Origin: Anaerohalosphaeraceae bacterium
GTDB lineage: Bacteria; Planctomycetota; Phycisphaerae; Sedimentisphaerales; Anaerohalosphaeraceae
DNA length: 64,000 bases
Assembly: GCA_050309605.1 (NCBI GenBank)
Contig: JBNRMN010000033.1
Span: 1-64,000 of the forward strand
Direction: 5' to 3'
Under the pieces are notes generated by a model. That model did no database searches. It worked only from the letters and a program-made list of their open reading frames with translations, and had not been told where the DNA came from. Below are positions 40,735 through 50,644 of the stretch, piece after piece (position 1 is the stretch's first letter; each line of letters opens with the position of its first letter). The translations under genes and the position numbers were made by a program.

Positions 40735-40829
40735 GGGGCAAACGGATGTGCAATGTTGAATTATCGGAAACCCATGTTTAGGATCTGTGTTTTGTCTTTT
40801 TGTTCCAAACGTAACAATCGACCCTTGCT

Positions 40830-41882
40830 ATGGGCTATCAGAATATTTTGATCATCAAACCGTCGTCGCTGGGCGATGTGGTGCACGCGCTGCCGGTGTT
40901 GGGGGTGTTGCGTAAGCGCTTTCCGGACGCCGAAATAACGTGGATGATCCGTCGTGAATTGGCGCCGCTGCTGTCTTGTGTTCAGGGGCTGGATGCGACG
41001 CTTTTGTTTGAGCGTCAACTGCTGGGACAGTGGTACAAGCCGTCCGGTTGTGCCGCGCTGCGCGAGCTGATTGGTCGGCTTCGCCGCGGGCACTTCGATT
41101 TGGTGCTGGACTTACAGGGGCTGTTGCGAACGGCGCTGCTGGGCTGGTTGTCGGGCTGTCCGGTGCGTGTCGGGTCGGCTTCGGCTCGCGAGGGGGCGCC
41201 GCTGTTTTACACCCACCGGGTGCGTCGTCCGGATGATTCACTGCATATGGTGGATGTGTATCGGGCGATGCTGCAGGCGGTGGGGGTGGACGACTTTGAG
41301 CCGTATATTCGACTTGAACCGCCCGCGGGCGCAACCGATGCGGTGCGTGCGCTGATGGAGGATTCGGGGCTTGAGCCGGGGCGTTTTGCCGTGCTGATTG
41401 CCGGGGCCGCTCATGAGACCAAACGCTGGCCGATTGACCGATTTGCCGCGGTGGCCGAGCATATCGTCAATCAATACGGCCTGGCGGTGGCCGCGGTCGG
41501 TTCGCCCGGTGAGAAGAAGATCGTTGCGGCGTTGCAGCAGGCCGGAGTCGTCCCGATTGCCGACTTATGCGGTCGGACAACGATTCCGCAGTTGGTCGCG
41601 CTGCTGGCTCAGGCGGCGCTGGTCGTGTCCAATGATACCGGCCCGGGGCATATCGCCGCGGCCTTGCGTCGTCCGACGGTGCTGATCTTCGGGCCGACAA
41701 ACCCGGCCTGGGTCGGGCCGTATCAGCAGCCCGAAGCGGTCGTGGCCGTCGAACCGCAGCAGCGCGGCTCGGCCATCCGCAGCCGCCATCCGGCTCATCG
41801 GATTGATCAGGTTGGTCTCCGGATGGTACTTGGCGCCGTTGACCGTCAAATGACAGCTCACCGCGGAGAACCGCATCGATGA
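40830..41882 (+). CDS. LPS heptosyltransferase, glycosyltransferase family 9
   Basis: IIKPSSLGDVVH, DLQGL, KRWP, SNDTGPGHIAAA, IFGPT. Confidence 0.9.
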   Translation: MGYQNILIIKPSSLGDVVHALPVLGVLRKRFPDAEITWMIRRELAPLLSCVQGLDATLLFERQLLGQWYKPSGCAALRELIGRLRRGHFDLVLDLQGLLRTALLGWLSGCPVRVGSASAREGAPLFYTHRVRRPDDSLHMVDVYRAMLQAVGVDDFEPYIRLEPPAGATDAVRALMEDSGLEPGRFAVLIAGAAHETKRWPIDRFAAVAEHIVNQYGLAVAAVGSPGEKKIVAALQQAGVVPIADLCGRTTIPQLVALLAQAALVVSNDTGPGHIAAALRRPTVLIFGPTNPAWVGPYQQPEAVVAVEPQQRGSAIRSRHPAHRIDQVGLRMVLGAVDRQMTAHRGEPHR

Positions 41883-42457
41883 AGGTTTCGCGGGGGCTGA
41901 AAATACTGCTGCGGCTGCGTCCGGTGCTGCGCTTTATCAAGTACCGTATTCTGCACATTGATGATTCGCCCGAACGCATCGCACGGGGCCTGGCGGCGGG
42001 GGTGTTTATCGCCTATCTGCCGCTGATGGGACTTCAGATGGCAACTGCGTGGCTTGCGGCAACGGTCCTCAAGGCCAACAGGGTGATGGCGGTGCTGGGT
42101 GTGTGGGTGAGCAATCCGGCCACGGCGGTGTTTGTGTATTATCCGTCGTATCGGCTGGGTCGATGGCTGCTGGGGATTCGGGCGCAAAAACCGGAGATTG
42201 ATCCGGAGCAGTTAGAGGATTTATTTGAAGGAACGCTGTCGCTTTATCGCCTGTTGACCGAGTTTCACACCTCGTCCTTTTGGAAAGAAGTCTCTGCGGC
42301 AGCGATGAACATCGGGCTTGAAATCCTGATCGGGGGCATTATTATCGGCGCTGTTATGTCCCGTCTGACCTACTGGGGAGCTTTTCGATTAGTCCTCTAT
42401 TATCGCCGACGCAAACACGCCAAAAAACAAAGACGCCTTGGCCGGTGTTCAACCTGA
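41879..42457 (+). CDS. DUF2062 membrane protein
   Basis: DDSPERIARGLAAGVFIAYLP, WVSNPAT; ATGA overlap with the upstream gene. Confidence 0.85.
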   Translation: MKVSRGLKILLRLRPVLRFIKYRILHIDDSPERIARGLAAGVFIAYLPLMGLQMATAWLAATVLKANRVMAVLGVWVSNPATAVFVYYPSYRLGRWLLGIRAQKPEIDPEQLEDLFEGTLSLYRLLTEFHTSSFWKEVSAAAMNIGLEILIGGIIIGAVMSRLTYWGAFRLVLYYRRRKHAKKQRRLGRCST

Positions 42458-42488
42458 CCAAAGCGTCTGTTCTGTGTTGTATGGGCGT

Positions 42489-43817
42489 TTAGTTGTCTTC
42501 GGCGATGGAGTAGAGGAAGTTCTTTCCTTTCAAATACAGGGTATCGCCGATGACGACCGGCGAGGCGTCGATATTGTCGTCCAGTGGATTGACAGCCAGC
42601 GTCTTAAAGCTGTCTTCGGTATTGTCCAGGACATACGTTACGCCGTTGCGTCCGACGAAATAGACGCGCCCGGCCGCCCCGACCGGCGAGGCATAGACGC
42701 CGCGAATTTGATCCATATTCTGGCGGGTATAGTAGGCATTTCCGGTATGGGCATTGTAACAGGACACCACGCCGTTATTGCCGGACAGGACATACACCTT
42801 TTCGTCATACAGCAGCGGCGAGGGCACATAGGGCGTGTGTTCATTGACTTCCCAGACGACCGCGTCCGTGCCGGTCAGTTCGCCGCTGCGTCCGAGTTGG
42901 ATCGCCGAGAGTTTGGCCCCGCGAAAGCCGCTGGTGCAATAGACCCTGCCGTGGCCGAGGACGGGGGTGGGGACGACATTTTCGGTCTGTCCGCCGCACT
43001 GCCAGATGACCTGTCCCGTTTCGAGGTCGTAGCTGCGAATGCGGTTGCGTCCGTTGACGATGATTTGGGTTTTGCCGTCCACCTCGGCGGCAATGGGTGA
43101 AGTCCAGGCGGACGCCTCGTCGCGCTCGTGGTGCCAGCGGATGTCGCCGGTGTCTTTGTCAAAGGCGATGATGTAGGACTGGTCTTCCTGATCGCCGACG
43201 ACCAGGAGCGTATCGCCGACCAGCAGCGGGGAATTGCCCTCGCCGAAGGTGCCGCGCATTCGCATCCTCGGCAGGTCTTTTTGCCATTTGATGTCCCCGT
43301 CCAGTGTCAGACAATAAACGCCGCGCGATCCGAAATTGGCCCAGACTCCGGTGCCGTCGGTGACAGGCGAATAAGAGGCAAAGCCGTGGTCGCCGTGATG
43401 GCCTTCGTGGGGCAGCGCCTCGCGGACCTGCGTGGTCCAGAGGGTTTTTCCGGTGTGTCGATCCAGACAGACGACCTTGAATTGATACAGTGTGTCGGGG
43501 GCGCGTCCGCGTCCGCGTCGCGCGGCCGGTGCGGCCTGCGGGGTCTCGGCGGGCTGCTTTTCGGTGTCCACGGCGATCTGGAAAATCAGCTTGTCGCCCC
43601 AGACGACCGGCGTCGAATTGGAGCCGTCGCCTTCGAGCGGCACTTTCCACCGGATATTTTGTTCTTCGCTCCAGGTCAGCGGAGGATTGCCCTCGGCAAT
43701 TCCCATCATATTCGGCCCGCGCCACGTCGGCCAATTCGGCGTCGCGACAGCGGAAACGCCAAAAAGAAATAAAAAGATGACAGTGCACATCGGCTTCAAG
43801 GGGCTTGTTGTCTTCAT
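42489..43817 (-). CDS. PQQ-binding-like beta-propeller protein
   Basis: Signal peptide; NWPTWRGP, WSEEQNIRWK, SPVTDG, YVPSP, YASPV. Confidence 0.88.
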   Translation of the reverse strand: MKTTSPLKPMCTVIFLFLFGVSAVATPNWPTWRGPNMMGIAEGNPPLTWSEEQNIRWKVPLEGDGSNSTPVVWGDKLIFQIAVDTEKQPAETPQAAPAARRGRGRAPDTLYQFKVVCLDRHTGKTLWTTQVREALPHEGHHGDHGFASYSPVTDGTGVWANFGSRGVYCLTLDGDIKWQKDLPRMRMRGTFGEGNSPLLVGDTLLVVGDQEDQSYIIAFDKDTGDIRWHHERDEASAWTSPIAAEVDGKTQIIVNGRNRIRSYDLETGQVIWQCGGQTENVVPTPVLGHGRVYCTSGFRGAKLSAIQLGRSGELTGTDAVVWEVNEHTPYVPSPLLYDEKVYVLSGNNGVVSCYNAHTGNAYYTRQNMDQIRGVYASPVGAAGRVYFVGRNGVTYVLDNTEDSFKTLAVNPLDDNIDASPVVIGDTLYLKGKNFLYSIAEDN

Positions 43818-43991
43818 TGTGATTCCTTTAGCAATTTGAGTTTACATCCCAATTTCAAGTTCAGTGGATAAAGACCACCGCGAACAATCAATTTGACGAC
43901 AACGGTTCTCCAGATAAGACGCAGCGCGGACAAAAAACTTTCAAAAAAATCTAAAAAACTGTTACCTGAAATTCGCAAAATCAAAAAACGT

Positions 43992-44022
43992 TTGACAGTT
44001 TGCTCCGTTTACCTTTTATAAT
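43992..44022 (+). promoter_or_regulatory. Sigma70-type promoter upstream of GH127
   Basis: Perfect TTGACA and TATAAT, but with a long 19-nt spacer. Confidence 0.45.
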
Positions 44023-44064
44023 CAGAGGCGCATCCTACCCGAACAAAATGAAAGGAAACGAATC

Positions 44065-46512
44065 ATGTACAGAAACGACAAATCAGCATTGACGGTTTTG
44101 ATTTTTTTTCTGGTGGGTTTTTTCGCCGTGTGTGCCGCGGTCGATTCGGCTTTTCAGGATTACCCCTACCAGCCCGCGGCGTTTACACAGGTGCATTTCG
44201 AGGACGCTTTTTGGGCGCCGCGGATTGAGACCAACCGCACGGCGACGATTCCGTTCGCGTTTAAGCAGTCAGAGGATACGGGGCGTATTGAAAACTTCAA
44301 GGTTGCCGCCAAACTGTCGGACAAGCCTTGGCAGGGCGATTTCGGTTTCAATGACAGCGATGTGTTCAAGATTATCGAGGGGGCCTCGTACAGCCTGATG
44401 GTGCATCCGGATCCGGAACTGGACGCCTATCTGGATCAACTGATCGCATGGATCGGGGCCGCCCAGGAGCCGGACGGCTATCTTTATACTGCCTGGACGG
44501 CGCAGGCCCGCAAGGACGGTCGCGCCATTGCCTGCTGCTACGAAAAAGAGCGCTGGGATAACATCCGCGACGCTCACGAACTGTATAATGTCGGGCATAT
44601 GTACGAAGCGGCCGTGGCGCACTATCTGGCGACGGGCAAACGCAGTTTTTTGGATATTGCCGTCAAAAACGCGGATTTGGTCTGTTCGGTATTTAATCCG
44701 GGCGGTCGGCTCGATCCGCCGGGCCATCAGGAAATCGAGATTGGCCTGGTTAAGCTGTATCGCGTTACCGGGGATGAGAAATACCTCAATCAGGCCAAAT
44801 TTTTCCTGGATATGCGCGGGCGCAACGCCGACAAACGGCGTCTGTACGGGCCTTACAGTCAGGATCACAAGCCGGTGGTCGAGCAGACCGAGGCGGTCGG
44901 GCACGCGGTGCGGGCGGCGTATATGTACGCGGCGATGGCGGATGTGGCGTCGCTGACCGGCGATGCGTCGTATTTGAAGGCCATTGACACGATTTGGGAC
45001 AATGTCGTCTCGAAAAAGCTTTATCTTACCGGCGGCATCGGCGCTCGCCACGCCGGCGAGGCGTTCGGGGACAATTATGAACTGCCCAACCGCACGGCGT
45101 ATTGCGAAACCTGTGCGGCGATTGCCAATGTGTTCTGGAATCATCGGATGTTTTTGCTGCATGGCAAGGCTGATTACATCGATGTGATGGAATTGGCGCT
45201 GTATAACAATGTGCTCAGCGGGGTGTCGCTGGACGGGATGCTGTTTTTCTATCCGAATCCGCTGGAAAGTGCGGCCGGACACGACCGTCAGCCGTGGTTC
45301 GGCTGCGCGTGCTGTCCGAGCAATATCTGCCGTTTTATGGCCTCGGTGCCCGGGTATGTCTATGCGGTGCGTAACGGGGCGGTTTATGTCAATCTTTACG
45401 TCAGCGGAAAAAGCGAGCTGGCCGCAGGCGACGGAACCGTCACATTGACTCAATCGACCGATTATCCCCATCACGGCAAGGTGGTGCTGACGATGGAGTC
45501 GGATACGCCGGGGCCGCTGGCGCTGCATCTGCGGATTCCCGGCTGGGCGCGGAACAAACCCGTCCCGAGCACGCTGTATTCAGTGCTCAAGCCGTCCGAA
45601 CAGGCGGTCGGACTGACCGTCAATGGTCAAGCCGTTCCGGTCGATCTTCACAACGGCTTTGCGGTCATTGATCGCACGTGGAAGGCCGGCGATACCGTTT
45701 TGCTGGAGCTGCCGATGACGGTGCGGCGGGTGGTCTGTGATGAGCGTGTGCGGGACAATGTCGGCAAGGTTGCCCTGCAGCGCGGGCCGCTGGTGTATTG
45801 TCTGGAAGGCGTCGATGTGGACCAGGGCCGAGTATTGAATCTGATGCTGCCCGATGAGACGGAGTTCAAGACCGAATACAAACCCGATTTGCTGGGCGGG
45901 GTTACTGTCATTCAGGGCGCGGCGGTGGAACTGAGCCGCACCCTGGAAGGCGGACTGGAACGCAGCGAACGCGCGTTTTCGGCTATTCCTTATTATGCCT
46001 GGGCACATCGCGGACGAACGCCGATGGCTGTGTGGCTGCCGCGGACCGAACAGGCCGCCGTGCCGCTGCCGGCGCCGACGATTGCATCCCAAAGCAAGGT
46101 CAGCGCCTCGTACCAAACGACGGTCGGCAATGCGCGGCTTGAGTTTGTGCAGGATCAGCTTGTGCCGAAATCTTCGGGCGATCAGGAACAGGGCTTTTAT
46201 CACTGGTGGCCGCGAAAAGGCACGACCGAATGGATTCAGTATGATTTTAAGGCGCCGACGACGGTGTCTTCGGTCGCGGTCTATTGGTTTGACGATACGG
46301 GTCGGGGCGAGTGCCGCATTCCCAAGTCCTGGCGGGTGCTTTATCGGGACGCAGAGGCATGGAAACCCGTCGAGCCTGCCGGCGAGTACACCACCACACG
46401 CGACGCCTTTGACCGCGTTCGTTTCAAACCGGTCACCACCGACGCGCTGCGTCTGGAGATGATCTTTCAAGACAATTATTCATCAGGCATTCAGGAATGG
46501 GTTGTTGAGTAA
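44065..46512 (+). CDS. Glycoside hydrolase family 127 (beta-L-arabinofuranosidase-like) with C-terminal discoidin-like domain
   Basis: FNDSDV, HELYNVGH, GHQEIE, GHAVRA, YCETCA, FFYPNPL, CACCPSN. Confidence 0.92.
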   Translation: MYRNDKSALTVLIFFLVGFFAVCAAVDSAFQDYPYQPAAFTQVHFEDAFWAPRIETNRTATIPFAFKQSEDTGRIENFKVAAKLSDKPWQGDFGFNDSDVFKIIEGASYSLMVHPDPELDAYLDQLIAWIGAAQEPDGYLYTAWTAQARKDGRAIACCYEKERWDNIRDAHELYNVGHMYEAAVAHYLATGKRSFLDIAVKNADLVCSVFNPGGRLDPPGHQEIEIGLVKLYRVTGDEKYLNQAKFFLDMRGRNADKRRLYGPYSQDHKPVVEQTEAVGHAVRAAYMYAAMADVASLTGDASYLKAIDTIWDNVVSKKLYLTGGIGARHAGEAFGDNYELPNRTAYCETCAAIANVFWNHRMFLLHGKADYIDVMELALYNNVLSGVSLDGMLFFYPNPLESAAGHDRQPWFGCACCPSNICRFMASVPGYVYAVRNGAVYVNLYVSGKSELAAGDGTVTLTQSTDYPHHGKVVLTMESDTPGPLALHLRIPGWARNKPVPSTLYSVLKPSEQAVGLTVNGQAVPVDLHNGFAVIDRTWKAGDTVLLELPMTVRRVVCDERVRDNVGKVALQRGPLVYCLEGVDVDQGRVLNLMLPDETEFKTEYKPDLLGGVTVIQGAAVELSRTLEGGLERSERAFSAIPYYAWAHRGRTPMAVWLPRTEQAAVPLPAPTIASQSKVSASYQTTVGNARLEFVQDQLVPKSSGDQEQGFYHWWPRKGTTEWIQYDFKAPTTVSSVAVYWFDDTGRGECRIPKSWRVLYRDAEAWKPVEPAGEYTTTRDAFDRVRFKPVTTDALRLEMIFQDNYSSGIQEWVVE

Positions 46513-46524
46513 GCGTAATTTTCT

Positions 46525-46553
46525 TTGACCTGCCGGCAACGAAACGGTATCCT
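46525..46553 (+). promoter_or_regulatory. Sigma70-type promoter directly upstream of the dispersed repeat
   Basis: TTGACC-17 nt-TATCCT. Confidence 0.5.
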
Positions 46554-46554
46554 A

Positions 46555-46720
46555 ACTCAAACTGATCGATGGCCAGTTTGAGAGATCAAAAATCAAAAAT
46601 CATAAATTAAAGAGAAAAATTGGGGATTCGCCCTTTTGGGCGAGCCATTTCATTGCCTTTTTTAGAACACTGTAACATGTTTTATGGACTGTGTTTATGT
46701 CAAAATAGATCCGGTTTTCG
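46555..46720 (+). repeat. ~160-bp structured dispersed repeat, copy 1
   Basis: Aligns along its length with 60393-60551 (e.g. cgatggccagtttgagagatcaaaaatcaaa; ggattcgccc; cactgtaacat; ttatgtcaaaa.agatccg.ttttcg). Confidence 0.85.
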
Positions 46721-46803
46721 TTTAGTTTGAGATACTCAATAGTTTATGGTATCTTTTTTTTGGGTAATCAATAGCAGGTTTTGGATTTGCGTCTGTCTCC
46801 AAA

Positions 46804-48687
46804 ATGGCTGAGAAAACAACGTCAAGCGCCACCAAGTCGTCCTCGACGCCGCTGAAGTCGTTTATGGCCGTCGGCCCGACGCTTCATTACAGCCATCCGT
46901 TTGTCCATCGGTTCTGGGGGCTGACGGTGGTGGTGTATATTCTGGCGTGCTTTTTTTGGAATCGAATCGTCATTGGCGGGTTGATTTCGCTGGTGGCCAC
47001 CGATGTTATTGATCCGGGGCTGTGGAGTTTGGGGCGATTCGCGGCGTTTCCCCTGAGCATTTATGAATATCCGTGGCAGATTGTGGTACTGGGGACGGTG
47101 ATGGGGATTCTGGCGGCTGTGCCGGTGCTTGTGTCGCAATTGTACAGTTTTCGGTACAGCATTCCCTTGATTTTGTCGGTGATGTTTATCGCCAAGCTGT
47201 ACTTTTTCGGTCTATTTGTGGGTCTTAGCTGTATTGCGGCGGCGTGTCGGCCTCTGCGGTTTCGGTCGCGGTTTATCGCCATTGCGTTGTGTATGGCCCC
47301 GCAGGTGATTTATTGGGCAATCTGGGGCGGCTATACGACCGCCGATCCGCTGCGCTGGGGGTTTTCGTATGCACCGTGGATTTACGCCTGGTTGACGGGG
47401 CTGTTTCTGGCGGGGGTCGTGTTGGGTGTGGGGCACTATACGCGGTATCGGCCGGGGTTGATTTTTGCGCTGTCGCTGGTGTTGCTGGTCTCGGCCTACG
47501 GCGTCTTCCAGACACGTATCGGTTTTGCAGAGCTGGATTATCAGCTTTATGTCGCCGGCAACAACCCCGAAGAGGTGGTGGAGTTTCACAGTTATTCGCT
47601 TTCTGAGGTGATTGATGCGGTGATTGCCGATGACGCGATGCGCAGCTATTTGTTCGGACGTTATTATCCAACCGAGCCGACGGTCCTTCGAGAACGGCTC
47701 AAAGAAGAAATTGAACAGTCGATGATGACGATGCAGTGGCCGCACTGGTTTGAAAAGAAAATGCCCGATCGTCTGTATTACCGAGGCCGACGGACCGAGC
47801 TGCGCAATGATTATCGCCTGTTTATGGAGCGCTGGCCGCAGAGCAAACGGATGCCGACAGCGCTGTATTTCAGCGCACTGCTGAATGAATATCATCCCGA
47901 TATTCGTCATTTCCGTCATACCGAGACACTGCGTTTTTACAACGATTATCCGTTCAAAAGTAACATTTTGATCTGGCAGGAGTTGTTTAATCGCTTTTCG
48001 CAGAGTCCCGAATCGCTGGAGGCGCGCTGGCGTCTGGCCTGGCATGATGCTTCCGAGGGGCGATTTGAGCGGGCGATGGAACTTTGCCAGGTGGCTCGTT
48101 CCATGATTCGCGAACAGCTCCAGAAGGCCCAGCAGCGGGCCGAACGTCAGATCAGCGAATCGATATTTTCGGCCTTTGAGCCGCCTTTGCCGACAGTGAT
48201 GACACCGCGCAAACTGCGCGATCTGGATCTGCGGCTGCGTAAACTTATGCGTCTGATCGACCGTGAAAACCAGGGACCGGATGAGGCGTCGCGCCGCCGG
48301 CTGGCGACTTTTGTGGGGCTGAATCCGTATGCGCTCGATTATGAGTCGCGTCTGAACGCCCTGCTTTCGGAGATGCCGGATGACGATCCGCTGCGCGATA
48401 ATATTCTGCTGGCCAGGGCGCTGCTCACTGTCGATGCGCGTGAGCGTGCGGCGGTATTGAGAGAACTGGCGCAAACCTACGAGGGCACGGAGGCGGGGAT
48501 TCGTGCCCTATACGAACAGGCGATGTCGCTGCTGACGGTATGGAAGGATTCCCGGCTCGATGCACAGGCCCGGCGCATGCTGCAGGAGGATATTCGCAGC
48601 ATACTGACCGGTTTTCTTGAATCCTATCCTGACAGCATTTACGCCGATCCGGCGCGGTCGCTTTTACAATCGCTGCCGTCGTCCTGA
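46804..48687 (+). CDS. Hypothetical multi-TM protein with helical (TPR-like) C-terminal domain
   Basis: About 7 hydrophobic segments, then an amphipathic helical region ending FLESYPDSIYA. Confidence 0.7.
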   Translation: MAEKTTSSATKSSSTPLKSFMAVGPTLHYSHPFVHRFWGLTVVVYILACFFWNRIVIGGLISLVATDVIDPGLWSLGRFAAFPLSIYEYPWQIVVLGTVMGILAAVPVLVSQLYSFRYSIPLILSVMFIAKLYFFGLFVGLSCIAAACRPLRFRSRFIAIALCMAPQVIYWAIWGGYTTADPLRWGFSYAPWIYAWLTGLFLAGVVLGVGHYTRYRPGLIFALSLVLLVSAYGVFQTRIGFAELDYQLYVAGNNPEEVVEFHSYSLSEVIDAVIADDAMRSYLFGRYYPTEPTVLRERLKEEIEQSMMTMQWPHWFEKKMPDRLYYRGRRTELRNDYRLFMERWPQSKRMPTALYFSALLNEYHPDIRHFRHTETLRFYNDYPFKSNILIWQELFNRFSQSPESLEARWRLAWHDASEGRFERAMELCQVARSMIREQLQKAQQRAERQISESIFSAFEPPLPTVMTPRKLRDLDLRLRKLMRLIDRENQGPDEASRRRLATFVGLNPYALDYESRLNALLSEMPDDDPLRDNILLARALLTVDARERAAVLRELAQTYEGTEAGIRALYEQAMSLLTVWKDSRLDAQARRMLQEDIRSILTGFLESYPDSIYADPARSLLQSLPSS

Positions 48688-48709
48688 AAAAGGCGATGTT
48701 TTTTACTTT

Positions 48710-50620
48710 TCACTTTGGGCTTTTTGGCCACGCCGAGAGCGGTTTTAAGGGGAGGATGTCGTGTTTCTTGTCCGTGCTGCCGGGCGTCAGCGTTACCGCC
48801 AGGCGGATTGTTTCGTGCGGCTTAAGCTCTACTTCAAACCCGATTAAACAGGTGTTGGGGTTGGGTTCATCCCATTCTTCGGGCGGGTCGGTGGGTAAGC
48901 GTTTCAACTGTATCGGTTTGGGGCAATGCACGTCAAACAACAGCGTCTTGCCTTTTTCAGTCAGCCGAGCGCGGGCAGACGAGAGCATCTCGACCTTGCC
49001 GGGGGCGACCATCGCCCAGCGCACCACAGCAGCTTTATCGCCGGCGGTCCATTCGTCCTGAATCAGTGCCTGACGGTCGGGCAGCAGGGCCGCGCCGCGG
49101 TGAGCCTTGACAAGCTGGTCGTCAAAGATCTCACTCATATCAATTACGGCGTGCGGCATCGGCTCGGCATCGGAAAAGTCGGTCAGGTGCGCCACGCCGC
49201 GCACGTTGTGCAGCCGGTTGTTGACGGTCAGTGTATTGTGGGCAAAGTTGGTGTAGCGGAAAATCTTCCAGCGGTCGGAGTTTTGGCTGCGATTCCAGAT
49301 ATTCAGCCCGCGGCTTTCCATGCGGTGGTAATTTTGCATTCCCAAATCCAGCGCCCAGCGGACGCCGTCGGCCTCAAAGATGAACGAGCCGGCGTCCATA
49401 TGGGCGTGATTGGACGAGGCGGTACCGGCTTTGACGGCCAGATAGGCGGCGTCCGGATCCGTCCAGCTGCTGCGAAAAACGGCAACCGGTGTTCGGCCGC
49501 GTGCGTGCCAGTGCCGCTGCGGCGGTGTTTGCGCCTCAGGGCGTCCCCACAGCAGCAGCATTGGATACAGCCACGTCGGGCGAGCGGTGATTGTATCCGC
49601 CCCGTCCGGCCAAAGCCGGGCCAGTTGACGATACAGCAGATACGGCTTGTTGTATCGATGGGCAAACCAGAATACCGTCGGGTCAACGCCGCCGCCGCGT
49701 CCGCAGTCGGCGTAATTGAAGTACAATCCGCTGGGTCCGCTGATGTGTAAATAGTAATCGCCGCTGTCGGCAAAGCCGCGCCGTTCGGCCAGGCCGAAGT
49801 CCGTGCCCAGCACCGACTCCAGCGCTGCGATCATTGCGACATTGTACGAGGTTCCATACGCCCAGTAGCCCGGCCCTTCCGGATAGGCGCCGTCCGGCTC
49901 GTATTCTTCCATGGCTCGCGGAATATGGGTCACGGCGCGATGGATCACGCGCGCCGCCAGGTCGGGCGCATCCCGGCGTATCGCCAACGCGCCGATGGTC
50001 AGGCCGCCATGGCAGACCTGATTCCAGTTGTTTTCCGTCGTAACCCACCAGTGGTTCGACTCAAAGGAGGGCTTGATGCCTTTTTCGATGATGGCAGTGC
50101 GGATGCGCGAGCGGCTGTCTTCGGACAGAACCTCATAGAGCCGATCATAGCCAATGCCCAACGCTGCGGTCATCTCGGCGGTGTCGAGAAAGTGGCTGGG
50201 GTTCCAGTCGGTAAAATCCGCCGCCGCGAGCATCTCGGCCTGCGCCTGATCGCGGAAGCGCCAATCGCCGGTCAGTTCAAACGCCGCCGCCAGCAGGCTG
50301 ACGCGATTCAGACACTCGCGTGAGACGCTCAGCAGGCGCCGGCCTGTCAGTATCCGCTGGACGGGTTGGCCGCCGAGATAACGCCGGGCTTGCCGGGTGA
50401 TTGCCTCGGCCAGCGCTTCAAAGAAAGGATCGGATTCAAGGTTCGCCTGAACGATTCGTGCCTGGTGGTTGTTGATCAACAGGTTTGATCGTGAAGGAGG
50501 CGCGTTTTTCAGGGCATCGGCAATCTGCTCAGGGGAAACCTCCGAAGCGGCGCCATTGCCTGAACAGAGCAGGCCGATGAGGATACTGCTGAGTGTGATG
50601 AGGATTTTTTGTAAGTTCAT
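48710..50620 (-). CDS. Heparinase II/III-family polysaccharide lyase-like protein
   Basis: WNPSHFLD, NNWNQVC, DGAYPEGPGYW, NHAHMDAGSF, HNTL; signal peptide. Confidence 0.88.
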   Translation of the reverse strand: MNLQKILITLSSILIGLLCSGNGAASEVSPEQIADALKNAPPSRSNLLINNHQARIVQANLESDPFFEALAEAITRQARRYLGGQPVQRILTGRRLLSVSRECLNRVSLLAAAFELTGDWRFRDQAQAEMLAAADFTDWNPSHFLDTAEMTAALGIGYDRLYEVLSEDSRSRIRTAIIEKGIKPSFESNHWWVTTENNWNQVCHGGLTIGALAIRRDAPDLAARVIHRAVTHIPRAMEEYEPDGAYPEGPGYWAYGTSYNVAMIAALESVLGTDFGLAERRGFADSGDYYLHISGPSGLYFNYADCGRGGGVDPTVFWFAHRYNKPYLLYRQLARLWPDGADTITARPTWLYPMLLLWGRPEAQTPPQRHWHARGRTPVAVFRSSWTDPDAAYLAVKAGTASSNHAHMDAGSFIFEADGVRWALDLGMQNYHRMESRGLNIWNRSQNSDRWKIFRYTNFAHNTLTVNNRLHNVRGVAHLTDFSDAEPMPHAVIDMSEIFDDQLVKAHRGAALLPDRQALIQDEWTAGDKAAVVRWAMVAPGKVEMLSSARARLTEKGKTLLFDVHCPKPIQLKRLPTDPPEEWDEPNPNTCLIGFEVELKPHETIRLAVTLTPGSTDKKHDILPLKPLSAWPKSPK

Positions 50621-50644
50621 TGCGATCCCCTTAGTTGAACTGGA

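Noticed and set aside
46680..46707. Chromosomal dif site
   Set aside because: Only the XerD-like arm matches, the XerC arm is poor, and the sequence occurs twice within a larger repeat.
44269..48474. Long minus-strand ORFs (419, 296 and 420 aa)
   Set aside because: Antisense shadows of the GH127 and membrane protein genes, as expected in GC-rich DNA.
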